Positions 20,736 to 32,698 of a DNA stretch of 64,000 nucleotides are shown here, piece by piece (position 1 is the first letter of the stretch; each line of letters opens with the position of its first letter). This stretch comes from Dimorphilus gyrociliatus. Taxonomy: Eukaryota > Animalia > Annelida. The notes beneath the pieces are model-generated. The model made no database searches and was not told the origin of the DNA. It saw only the letters and a program-made list of their open reading frames with translations. The position numbers and the translations under genes are program-made. The stretch covers positions 4,666,408 to 4,730,407 of the forward strand of contig CAJFCJ010000006.1 of the NCBI GenBank assembly GCA_904063045.1. Reading direction: 5' to 3'.

Positions 20736-23638
20736 CTAACTCTGCTCTAAAGTATTTTGTTTAAATAAAAATCCCTTCTTCATGCCAACGGGAGTTTCAA
20801 AAGGGGTTGTTGCATATTGAGATGGTGCTTCCACAGCATGTTGCTTTTTCAAGTCCATTGTTATTTTGGCTACAGCCTTTCCAATTCTTTCTGGTGAAGC
20901 TTGATCATCCAACAAGACAGACCAGTCCTCCAATGATACTGCTACAGGTAGATCAAATATTTTTGGTGAAATGTCGTATTTACCATCAGCTGCTCCACCT
21001 GTTTTTCTGATTGGTAACACTACTTTCTCACTCCAAACGAAATGGTCTATTTCCTTAGCTAACTCGGGACCGCCACCGATGAGAATACATATATCGAAAA
21101 CTCTTGAAGTTATAATCTCTCTCTCCTTGACGGAATCGCCTGAAAATACAGTATTGCCATATTCCACCATTTCAAATGTTCCATCTTCGTTTTGGTCGGC
21201 CACATCTGAATATTTGTAGTCGTCTTTTCTGGGAAGTATGTGCCATATATGCTTTTCATCATCCACCACGTCGTTCCTTTCATCGAATGCTGATCTAGCA
21301 ACAACATCCCCAACACCTTTGAATCCACCAGTTACAATATGAACGTTCTCCAAAGCTGCCAGATGTTGGCCTATAAGTCTAAAAAAAACCACAGAGTGAA
21401 TTGATTAACAGAATTGCACAATATCAGTGCAACTTACTTGCAGATATTTCTTGTCTCTTCATTGTTTATCAACTTGGAACCTGTGACGTACACGCTAAAT
21501 CCTGTAGGCATCAGTTTCTTTATTAAGTTGGAAGCGGTGGAAATTTTTTCCTCCTCCACATCATCCGCCCAACAAAACCTTGCACTTGTATGAAGGGCTT
21601 TTCTTATGTTATACTTGAGAGTTTCTTCAAAATTCTTTGTTCTAGCGTCAATAATTAGTCTGCTATTGATTAAACGATTAGTCCACGCAGGCATCTCAAA
21701 ATCGTCGCATATTATTGGTATGAGTCGTTTTCTATGCTCACAATAGTAAAGATGGCTTTTTGATATATTGGATGCTATAAACTCTTTCGATAATAGCAAA
21801 ATTATGCAACCTGCCTCGTTTGCTTTATCTTGAAAGATTGAACTGCGCTTTAAACTAGCTTCCGGAGTTGGTGAAAAAAATTCCGAGTTACGTAATTTTG
21901 GTGAGACATTTTCAGGGAGTGTTGGTTCATCGGCTAGGGATTCACAAGATGTTGAAAGCCAGACATCGACACAAACATCTTCTACTAACTTGGCTATTTT
22001 TTGTCCCTAGTCGTAAAAATGATAAATATAATGTTTTTCATAGATAATAGTGATAAACTGTATCTTATTTTATCAGTTAAGTGATTACTTACAAAAGAAT
22101 TTTTAGCAGGATGAAGACTTATTACAACTAAAGGATTTCCTTCTTTATTTCCCCTTACTTGATAACCTATATCAATGGGAAGTTTTGATGTTTTTGGATA
22201 GCTCTTTAACTTCGATGGTTGTCTTGCTAAAGATGTCTTAAGTTTCTTCGAATTGTCATTGTTCGAATCTCGAAGAAATTTTCCTATTTCATCGGCAACA
22301 AATTCAACATGTTCTGGATGCCATTTAGTATTTTCTATTGTATTTGCATTTTCTTGAGAGTTAGGCGAAAGAACTTCGCTATAGACGGATTGAGTATCAG
22401 CAGTTCCCTTAATATTTAAATCTGGACGATAGGTAACATACTGAGTTGAAGCGAACTGAATGGCTAACGGTTGGGGGGGCCAATGCGTTAAAAACGTAAC
22501 TGGAAGAATAGGTTTTCTTAGTACATCGGCTAGTTTAACCTCTCTATTGGTCCATTGCGTTTCACCGTAATTTTTCGTTATTAATGGAACAAATAATTGA
22601 CAATGAGTAACTGCATTGTTTAAAGAATCTTGCCAGTCAATTCCAGGCTTAATTTCATGAACATCTAGGTAGACTGTAACAAATTTTCGAATCAAAGCTG
22701 ATTTTAATAGGAGAGCGAATTCCGCAGCCTCTTGTCTAACATACGAAATAAGAATATCTTTGTAGTCATCACCAGCAGCCTGGATAGGAGGAGGAGGAGG
22801 AGGAGGGGGAGGAGGAAGAGGCCTTTTCTTAACTTCAGTAATTTTTACAACGGCTCCCTGAAGAACGTCTAGAACCACCAATTTAGCTTCGTGTTCTTTA
22901 ATTACAAGCCAATTGTTGGAATCTTTAAAGCGAAAATTTTCTGGTACTTTTAACTGAAAAACATGATAATCGATTCAGACAAAGGCTAAGAGGTTGTCGT
23001 AAACTTATCGAAAAATATATTATCTGTCTATACCTCCGTTTGAATGGCTGTTCTAAGTGCTGATAAACCGCAAGTGTGATCAATAAATATAAAACCGAAA
23101 TCATTATTTTTTACATCTTGTACACCAATTCGAGGTTTCTCAAAATTCTTCTGAATTTTTATTAAATTTCTTTCATCACAAATATCCGAGCAGGTAAATT
23201 GATTCTCGTCATCTTTTGTTATTGGATATCCATCTTTAGTTAAAAATATAAAACTGGCTGGTAAATAGCGTATAAGGACAACAATTTTTGTTCTGGCACA
23301 TGATAATGAGGAATCGGTTGGGAGTTTCATAACTCCCAATTTCCGTTTACATGATGATCCGCATGCTTCTGTTGTTAGTTCAATTGCATATATTTCAGTT
23401 CTACTAGGACGAGTTGTTGAACAGTCCTCATCTCCTGGGTAACATATATAAAACTATATAAATAGTTTTGGTAGTTACGAAATAAATGTAGAGGGTAATT
23501 ACCGTTCATGCTAGAGGAACATTGAGTTAGACAGACTTTCTTTGGAGAAGTCGATGGTGCTTCCGCCACAAGTTTTGTACGCTCTTTAAAAGTTCGCTTA
23601 AACCTGGTCGTCGCCTTTAGTGAATCGAAGCTTGTCAT
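20736..23638 (-). CDS. 869-aa protein: two ubiquitin-like folds, polyPro, TIR (catalytic Glu), degenerate TIR, and a C-terminal SLOG (LOG/Smf-DprA) domain
   Basis: complement(join(20736..21378,21438..22006,22093..22953,23034..23434,23503..23638)); introns of 59, 86, 80 and 68 nt; phases are consistent; 2610 nt. TIR: DILISY...VYLD...GIDW...FVPLITKNYGETQWTNRE...PILPV. SLOG: VYVTGS...IGQHLA...IVTGGFKGVG...KERE...ILIGGGPELAKE...VLPIRKTGGAA. Confidence 0.85.
22786..22818 (-). repeat. (CCT)n-rich repeat encoding a 10-residue polyproline linker
   Basis: GGA repeats on the + strand translate to LPPPPPPPPPPI between the Ubl region and the first TIR domain. Confidence 0.85.
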
Positions 23639-25240
23639 GTGTAGCTTTTTTTCTCTATCACACAAAGCGTGCTTGCCTATTAAAACCAAACTCTATTCGA
23701 ATTTATCAATGATAAAACGTGTTTGTTGAAAATTGATAAAACAATCACACTTTTTAAGACTAACCTGCTCGGAAAATCCAGATAGCTAATTCGGCAATTT
23801 TTTTCGAAGCTGATTGGCTATAAAATTAAATAGGCCAGCAGTTTCATAGGCGTATGTATGAGTCAAATCCGCCTTGACTTGTTATTCCATATATGGAATA
23901 ATTTTAAAGAAGTAATACTATAGGATAAATTAACTGATAAGAATATTATATTTTTTATAAAGAGAATATGATATATTTCTATAAATAAGTCATTACTAAT
24001 ATCAATCATGTTACAACCTTATCTTTACAAAGGGCAAATCATATAGCCCACTTTCTTGAAGAAGAACTGAAAATAGATCTGTACAAAACTTCCGTCTTTC
24101 TTTAATAAACGGAAGCGGATGTTCAAAAGAAACAAAATATTCTTTAGACAGTTTTTCAATAATTTCCCGATGTTCTGCATTGTATGCTCAGATTGCAAAA
24201 TAAATAAATGTTCTATAAAAGTAAATACAATGGATATTTATAAGTTATAAACAAGTGCTTTAATACACACCATACGAATGTATATATATATATATATTTC
24301 AAGTACTTTATATCAAATTCATGAATAAACAAAATATTTCATTAATTAACAAAATGATAAAACTATGAAAATTGTTTTTTCAATTATCATTGTAGGCTAG
24401 CTTAGCTTACTTGGCAGTTCTTTTTAAAATAAATATCAGTTACTAATCTTACCCCCAATAAATTCTTGGTAAGATTAAACACTGAACGGGAAAAATTGAA
24501 TTATGGGAGAGATATTGCTTACTCTACTCTTTTTTATCTCTTATATACTAATATACTGTATATACTGTATATATTATATACAGTATATCTATTATAAAAA
24601 TGTAATAAATCCATTAACACGATGACTGAGGATTATTAGTTATATATTTAACGAAACTAACATTGATTAGTTCTTCTCCAAAAGTTTTTTATATTCGTTA
24701 TTTAAGAGTTGAGGAACGACAGGGGTAACGTAATCCGGAAATAGGAAAAAGTTTGAATTATAGCATTAAGCTGTTTTGCATAAAAACATTATTGTATTTT
24801 CTTTCAAATTTCTGGTAATTCCTTTAGATTTGGAATGTTTTATTGCGCAATTAATTATACAGGAAGAAAGAAAACGAAAACATATTAGCATATTATTTAT
24901 GTAAAAAAAAAAACACTTTCAAGGTCAAAGCCAAGCAATAATAGGTATCAACGTAATTTTTCTATTCAGGTTAGGTGGAATAATAATCGGCCTTTGGCTC
25001 TTTAACTTAAGTTATGAAAGGGATTATCGACTTAGGTCGTCACCTCTTTATAACAGAGGATAAACACAACAAAAGAAGAATATTTGAGAACGAAAACTAT
25101 AATTTATTTATTTTTGAACTAGCTTAATAGGATATTACATACGAAATATAGCATAAACAGTATATATATTAGTATATAGAAGATAAGTATATGTATATAC
25201 TGGACATACTTAATAAAAGTAATTGATTATAACACAGTAA

Positions 25241-27072
25241 TTACGTAGGATTGGAGGAAGTAGATGATTTTCTAAGAGGATATTTATCCCTCGGTACTGG
25301 GCTATTTGGGAATAACGATCTTTCCAATGCTGACAAGTGATTTTCAAACGTCACTTTTGCCTTGTATTTTCCATCGCAAAATTGATCATATAAACCATGA
25401 ATAATAACTTTTAGGAGTGGTACACTATGTTTGATAGATTTCTGAGAAATTCTCCTTGCCAGTTGTAATTCTGAGGCTTGCGCCATCTGCCTGATTGTGT
25501 TGGGATTTTTGCGACGGAAAAGCCTCTCAAAGTGTGTTTTCCTCAAACTCATCACAGATGTTTCTTTCGCACTGGTACAAGTCGTGTAGTAGCGTCCCAT
25601 GTTTAGTGCAAATTCAACATCGCTTAAAACCTGATTTGGTCCTAAATAGCAGAGATTTACAGCTTGATGAGACTTGAAGCTGTGTCTTCGAGCACTCGGT
25701 TGAGATTTACCTATATCCATTGGTTTAAGACTATTACAATTCTCCGAAGATGATATAGAATCAAAGGTTGATATCATTTTATGAAATTGAACTTGATGTT
25801 CGGAAGGATCAACGTGGACTTTACACTCTCCATTAGTTATAAAATACATTGTATCAGCCTCTTCGCCTTGCTTATAAACTGTGTCACCAAAAGTAATAAC
25901 TTCTTTCTTTAACGACATAGCTAAATGCTTTTTCCATTTGATCGACCAATCTTGAAACCAATGACAAGAATCAACAAAGTTCATTTTTTCATCAAATTCC
26001 CTTTTAATAATGTTAGCAACGGACCTATTATACAATTGACGATCTATAACAATTAAATCAGTTGTTTCATCAGCTATAACAGAAGCCGTACGAATGCAGT
26101 CCGGATTAATAAGGGCAATCTCGCCAAATGCATTCCCATCATCTATTTAAGAGGATGGAAAGATAAATAAATTTATTATAAAACTATTTATTAATATTAA
26201 AGGAGCGTTCTTAACACGCACGCAAGTTTACTAAAAAGTTGCCAAATTTAGATCGATCGCTTTCCCTATCTGTCGTGGATTGTCCTTCTTCGGTTGATTC
26301 CTTATTATAAATCGATACCTGACCTCTGAGAATAATATAGAAGCTATACGTGCAAAAACAAGAGAGTTAAAATAAACATAAGCCACACAAAGAAGATGTG
26401 TAATTAAATATGTATACCAATGTCCTTTTTCACCCTGAAGAATGACAACTTCATCTTTTCTTTTAATCGCATGATTGCAATTCTTTATCAAGTCTGAGAG
26501 GATGTCTATATATATGTATGAAAAAAGGATGATTACTTAATAATTAACGTTATTGGCAAATTTTTCTGTCTTGTATAGAAGAATGCACAATTAAATTTTC
26601 AATAATTAACTGTCACATTCTTTTGAAAAGTTAAAGTAAGAAAAGAGAATGCCTTCGTTAAGTTTATAATCCCAGAGAACAAATTTAAGCCGGCATAACA
26701 CCTGCCTACCAAAGAAAAGAAATCAATCAGAACGACGCGAGTTTAATTCTCTATCCTATTGACTCGGCTGCCGTTAATTATTTCACTATCGATTGATCAG
26801 GTATAGAGAAAAAAGACTGAGAACGAGATAGAAAAGGGTGAGGGGGGTAATTTACAAAAAGGGCGAGGCTGAAGAAGGGATACAAAAAAAATGAGATTTT
26901 GCAAATAGTTAAACAGCTTTAACTAGTTCAGCGGTTACTAACCTGTTTTGATTTTTTGTAGAAGTTGGCTCTTCTTTGTGAACCAGGGTTGGAGAGCTTG
27001 AATTTCTGCTTCAGTTCTTTCATTAGGAGGTTTATTAATAATTTGAATAACTCTTGGTAGGAGGGAAGACAT
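25241..27072 (-). CDS. Protein with two cyclic-nucleotide-binding domains (CNBD2-like), about 413 aa
   Basis: complement(join(25241..26142,26222..26343,26418..26505,26943..27072)), in frame. N-terminal KPPNERTEAEI. CNB-A: VILQGEKGHCFYIILRGQV...FGEIALINPDCIRTASV. CNB-B: VYKQGEEADTMYFITNGEC...VLSDVE. The 3' end is uncertain because a possible donor (AC/GTAATT) overlaps the stop. Confidence 0.82.
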
Positions 27073-29343
27073 GGTTGTCAAGGTCTGTTTGTTATATTTA
27101 AATTATTAATAAAAAATAAAAATATCAATGATCCACTGTTTGTATTACTCTCTCGAAGGATTTTCACCAATAGTGTAATAGAAAGAAGAGTAAATGACTA
27201 AAAAAGCTGATTTGAAAGAAGGTAGATTATTGTGCCAATATGACGAGTAAATTATGCAGTCTTTTATCCAGCAACGAAATATATACGCAATGGCCGTTAT
27301 ACTTAATAACTATATGAAATTCCTTTGTAGACAATATTGTCTTTTTTAAGATAAACAATTTAGACACTTTTATCGTAATAACTTCCGATAATATCCTTAA
27401 TCAATAACATATTTATTTAATACAAAATGAAAAGTATAAATCCATATTTCTTAAGTATTGTTGCAATTTTTTTGTGCAGACAAACTATGGTTTTTCATTA
27501 AATGAATTAATACTAGTACAATTTTTACTAAACGCTGAATAGAACAGTTATAATCCTTCTTACAATTAGTTGAATATATGATTTATCGATAGTTAGTTCA
27601 ATGAATAACAAAAACAGAATATACGTTGATAGATTTTATCTATAGATATATACGAGTGTCATATATTTGTAAATAAGTATTAGATCCATGTAATATTTGT
27701 TTATATATACGTTTATTTATATTTTTATAATATAAATATAGAAACGCAACTATGTAGTAGATATTTATTAAAATATATATATATATATATATTAAGTAGT
27801 TATGAATGCAGCACTTAATATTCAATAGGTAGTTACCGCTTCTGAGCGTTGTCACTTTAGAGAAAACACAAAAATTTGCTCACCTTTCATATAAAAGTTT
27901 TCAACTTATTATTAGCAACGATGCTTTCTCTCCGAAGTCTGATTCGTTTGTGCGATCCTTGTTAGACTTCTCTAAACGATCAATAAATTTCAACGTCGAT
28001 CGTTCAGGCTCTTTTTAGGACAAAAAATGCCTTTTTTTCCTACTTTTTTAAAGCAATCCGGGCTTATAACGGCACGCGAATTAACCGCTTTGAAACGTTG
28101 ACAAGTTCAGACACAGTATATATTATATTTGTATAGTTCAATAAAAAGGTTATTCTATATATTTAAAAAAAAAATTGCAATGTGATAAGGATAAATCGTG
28201 ATTTAGAATATTGCATAATGATTTTCCTTCTTAACATTTCCGCTTAATTTACTAAGATCTATGAACTATATAACCGGTATAAAATAATTAAATAATGTAA
28301 AAGTGTTAATGCAAACTGCATTATTAATAAATCTGTTAAAATATTGCTATAGAAAAACCTGCAAGGAGTAAATTTTTACTGTTCAATTAATAAAAATATC
28401 GTTAAATTCTTTTTTTTTTCTTTAATATATAAGTGTTAGAAATATAAAACCAAAAGTATAGGCCTACTAAGGAATTTATTAAGAAAAAGGCTTTATATAT
28501 AGTATATATACTTTTTAATTTCTCTCTATATTAACCTTTTAGTTAAGTTATATAAGAGAAAATATTTTATATTACTTTTAATCAAATACACTCAATAATT
28601 TTCTTTTTCCCCTTCATTTATTATTATTGCAACAATTTCTTATCAAGAGAATATAGAATAAAAGAAAAAGAGTAGAATTTAGTAACAAGGTTAATCGAGG
28701 TTATTGTGCTTGAAAATTTCTTTTTAATACACCTATTTTTGTTTTGTGTCTTCTCAGTGGTTCTTCACTTTTCGATATTATTTATTCAACGGTGACCCTT
28801 TAACTTTCTTCTGACATTGACCTATTAAACCTATTTTTATAAGAAATAGCCAGTAGTACGTTTTTAGTAAAAGATAAGCATTAAAAGTTCTTATCGTTAT
28901 AGTACAATGCTTCTGTTTTATAATACTACTGTAAACAACTATGATATATAAATAATAAATACTATAATGTGTTGAAATTGTGTTGTTTTTTTCAAATGCA
29001 ACCTCTTCCCGCAGACTTTCCCTTGCGGAAACCAGTTTAAAATGCGGTAAGTACTCTCAAAAAAGTTAGTCAATACAACCACACATCTTATTCTATAGGC
29101 CTATGCAACGTAAACTTGTAGTACGCCGGTAAGCAATGAAACAAAAACGGAAATTGATATACATATATATATAAATATCTATAAGTGTATGTTATTCCCT
29201 ATTGTTTCTAAGGTTCGGCATGTTTAAAAAATAGGTAATCTGAACACCAAAACAATGAATCATAACCTATTTTTTTTTTAGAATTATCTGGAATAATCGC
29301 CCTATGTTTTCTACTCTTATTTTTATGTATGCCTAGAAAACAA

Positions 29344-29353
29344 GTCACGTGAC
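29344..29353. promoter_or_regulatory. Perfect palindromic E-box GTCACGTGAC upstream of the PP1 glycogen-targeting gene
   Basis: 10-bp palindrome (USF/MiT-TFE/CLEAR-type) about 370 nt upstream of the ATG at 29721. Confidence 0.4.
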
Positions 29354-29720
29354 TGCATGGTTACCCGGTCGAATTTAGAAAATATAAATATTGTAGATCA
29401 GTCGAATGTGACCTCTTAGGAAGGTTGCTTGGAGAGGAACTATTCGATTAATTAGTAATATGTTTAATAGAGGCTTTGGATAATTATACAGTAGCCTAAA
29501 TCGTTGGTATCGCCCTATTCGTTAGAAAATTTTAAGGTCAAACTTCGGTCATATGTGTTTATATAAAGGGCGCACGTAGACAATTCGAAAAATTTATAAA
29601 AGTTGGATACCAGTTTTATTGGGTTAGAAGTCTCCTAGTGTAATATTGGCTCAACACGAAAGGATACGTTAGCAGATGCTTTGTCTGGATAATTATTTTT
29701 ATTCGACCGTTCAACAGAAT

Positions 29721-29764
29721 ATGATGCATGGTCTTGAACCCCATGTGAGCAATCTGATGAATGG

Positions 29765-29795
<31 letters not shown>

Positions 29796-30648
29796 GGTAT
29801 TACACAGATAAACAGATCAAATAAGCGAATAGAAAAGTAAGTTGTTTATTTATTATATTAAAATATGATATATTTTTATTAGAGAGAGAGAGAGAGAGAG
29901 AGTGTGTGTATGTGTAAAGAGTTAAATCTATATAAACATATATATTGATGCTTTGTTTTGGAATAGTAGCTCAATGATAAAGAATGGTTACAATCGCAAG
30001 CTATCATCTTCCAACTCGATCGACGATGAAGACGAATTCGGTCAAAGAGCAATAAGAAAAGCAACCTATAAACGATCTAGTTCGGAAGGCGCCCCTAAAA
30101 TACCTATCGATTTTCAGAAGACAAAAAGTGTTCGATTTGCCGATTGTCTTGGTCTGGATTTAGTCTATGTTAGGGAGTTTTGTAAATCACCGCCAATTCT
30201 TCGCCGAGTTCCTTCCATCTCAGATTATTGTAAGATGAAGGAAGATTTTGATTCCAAGTTTCAATGTCAATTTGAACAACCTTCTTGTCAATCAAACTTT
30301 TATGAAAAGCTACACGCTCAAAATGTGGTTTTGGAGAGTATAGCTTCAGAGGATCAACACTTAATAGTTGGTTTTATACTTTGCGTAAATCTGGCATACA
30401 AGAAGAACGTTGGTATTCGTGTCACAACAAACAATTGGAAAACTTGGGAAGATTCTACTGCTAACTTTTATGAAGATACTCGTCCAAGTCAATTTACTGA
30501 CAGATTCATATTTAAAATTGATCCATCAACTTTTAAAAATGGGAAGAAAATTGTAAATTTAGAATTTGCTGTTTGGTATAAAGTCAATGGAATGGAATTT
30601 TGGGATAATAACTCCAAGAAAAATTACATAATTGAAGTTAAATTTTGA
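29721..30648 (+). CDS. PPP1R3: Protein phosphatase 1 glycogen-targeting regulatory subunit (RVxF + CBM21), 265 aa
   Basis: join(29721..29836,29967..30648); phase-2 intron; 798 nt. PP1-docking motif KSVRFADCLGLDLV. CBM21 motifs VNLAYKKNVGIRVTTNNW, DRFIF, EFAVWY...EFWDNNSKKNY. Exon 1 has an (AAT)n poly-Asn run. Confidence 0.92.
29881..29912 (+). repeat. (AG)n/(TG)n microsatellite in the PPP1R3 intron
   Basis: About 11 AG units followed by TG repeats. Confidence 0.85.
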
Positions 30649-31562
30649 ATTCATTCATTCAAGCATTCATTAAAAAAAAAAACACGCCTCATTAGAACAA
30701 AATAATTACACTTATTCATATATATTATCTTGTTTTTGTTTGCTCTACTTTTCCGTTCTTAAGTTTATTTACTTGTTTAGTTTTTTTACACCTTTTGCAA
30801 TTGTATTTCGTCTAGTTTCGAGTATTTGTACCCTATTTTCTTAAAAAATTTTCGGATGATTAATTACACTTGAACTGACTTGGTGTTATTTGTATCCCCG
30901 TTAATGTTATTGAACAGGTCTTGTTCGAAACTTCTACAATGAATTATTAGTTTATGTTATTGGAAAACGAACGAAGGAACGAGTGTTTTCCAGAATATAG
31001 TAGATTGTTCTATGTAAATATACTAATAAAAAGTATAATTTACACACAAGATGGCACTACTAGAACAATGTGAAAAAAAATGTTTTATGCAATCTTTAAC
31101 CAGTTATCAAGGAAATTATGACTATTCTCTCTTTTTTATTCGAATTAAATAAATTCTACGATTATATAATTATTTTATAAGATATATTGCGTAATATCAT
31201 TGCGGCCTTGGTTATGTAAACGTTTGTCAAATAGTCTCGAGGAAACTATGATAGAGTTGCGCAAGACTCCTAATCGGACTCGTCGATCAATATGAGCGCG
31301 TAGAGCGAATATTTCACTGCCGAACGGGAAACCCAACTCTGTGCCAAATACGGCCCTTCGCTGTAGGATAATCGACATGCGCAACTAGATTTTTTTAATA
31401 TTTTTGTATTATTTATGTATTTTTCTAGTAACTTCAAGTAGGATACCCAAAAGATAAGGATCTAAGGATAACTATTTCTATTTGAGGTTTGTTTTCCATG
31501 TTGTCTTGTCATGTATTTCGACCAATAACTAATCTTCTGATGACTAATCGACGTTCCCAGTG

Positions 31563-32246
31563 ATGAACATTTTGCGGTTGGTAGCTGCCGAAAAAGAGAA
31601 GAAAAAAAATCCGTCTGGTGCTTTCAAGAAGTTAGAGGATGAAGCGAAAAAGTGTCCCTCTAACGAAAGAAAATCTGGACCGGCAGTTCAGGATAAGAAT
31701 GATTTAAAGCATTCTTTATCTCCTATGCAATATCACGTTACGCAAGAACGTGGCACCGAAAGGTTAATATAAATATAAGGATCTAAGGGTATTCTACTAA
31801 CGAGTATTCCATTATCAGGCCTTTCAGCGGGAAACACTTGAGAAGAAAAGAAGAAGGCGTTTACACTTGCATAGTCTGTGATAACGTCCTCTTCCATTCA
31901 AGTTCGAAGTTTGAACATGTTTGTGGTTGGCCGTCCTTTAGGGATGTGATAGCCCAAGGAAAAGTCTCATATACAACGGATACAACACACGGTATAAATA
32001 AAAGTATAGAAAAAAACTAGGGACGGGAAACGCGAGAATAAAGGGCGAAGGGGGATTTTGGGGCAAATAGGGCAAATATCGATTGACGTATTTTTCTCTT
32101 TTCTAGGGCAAGTTCGAGTAGAAGCTACATGCGCTCAGTGCGGAAGTCACTTGGGTCACGTCTTTGACGATGGCCCAAAAAATCATCCTGTACGATACTG
32201 TGTCAATTCAGCATCATTGGAGTTCAAAAAACACACAACAGTTTAG
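31563..32246 (+). CDS. MSRB: Methionine-R-sulfoxide reductase B (Cys-type, zinc-binding), about 170 aa
   Basis: join(31563..31762,31819..31991,32107..32246); 513 nt in frame. Motifs: [61 protein letters not shown]. The start codon is tentative. Confidence 0.93.
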
Positions 32247-32698
32247 CAAAAAAGATGGTTTTTGATAGCTATATACAAATCATACATATTTCAAAGATAT
32301 GTATATAAATATATGTGTAAGATTACTTATGGGCTATGTAGAATAAGGTATATTTTAAGTGAGAGTTGAACTGTATAACGTTAAAATATACTTCATTCGT
32401 TTTTAGTGAGGTTTTTATTAAATATTTTTGACTTTAGCTTCAATGGAATTTTATGTGCTTATTACCATATTGTACAAGTATATATATATATATATATATC
32501 TTATCGTTTACAATGATAAAACGGTATTATCATAAGCCTTGTTAAATATTAATAACTTTAACGAATAATGATAATACTTGTGACGTGGTACATGTGACAT
32601 ATTTTTTTTCTCTTAATTAGTTTATTTTCTTTTTTTTTTTAAAGAAATTATTGATGTATTCTTATTTAACTTTTATAAAAAAGGGAACCCAAATCATA

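Noticed and set aside
27841-28030. Possible coding first exon of the CNB gene ending at AAG/GTGAGC
   Set aside because: All frames contain stops; at most a 5' UTR exon.
32190-32215. Possible selenocysteine MsrB1
   Set aside because: The catalytic codon is TGT (Cys) with no in-frame TGA.
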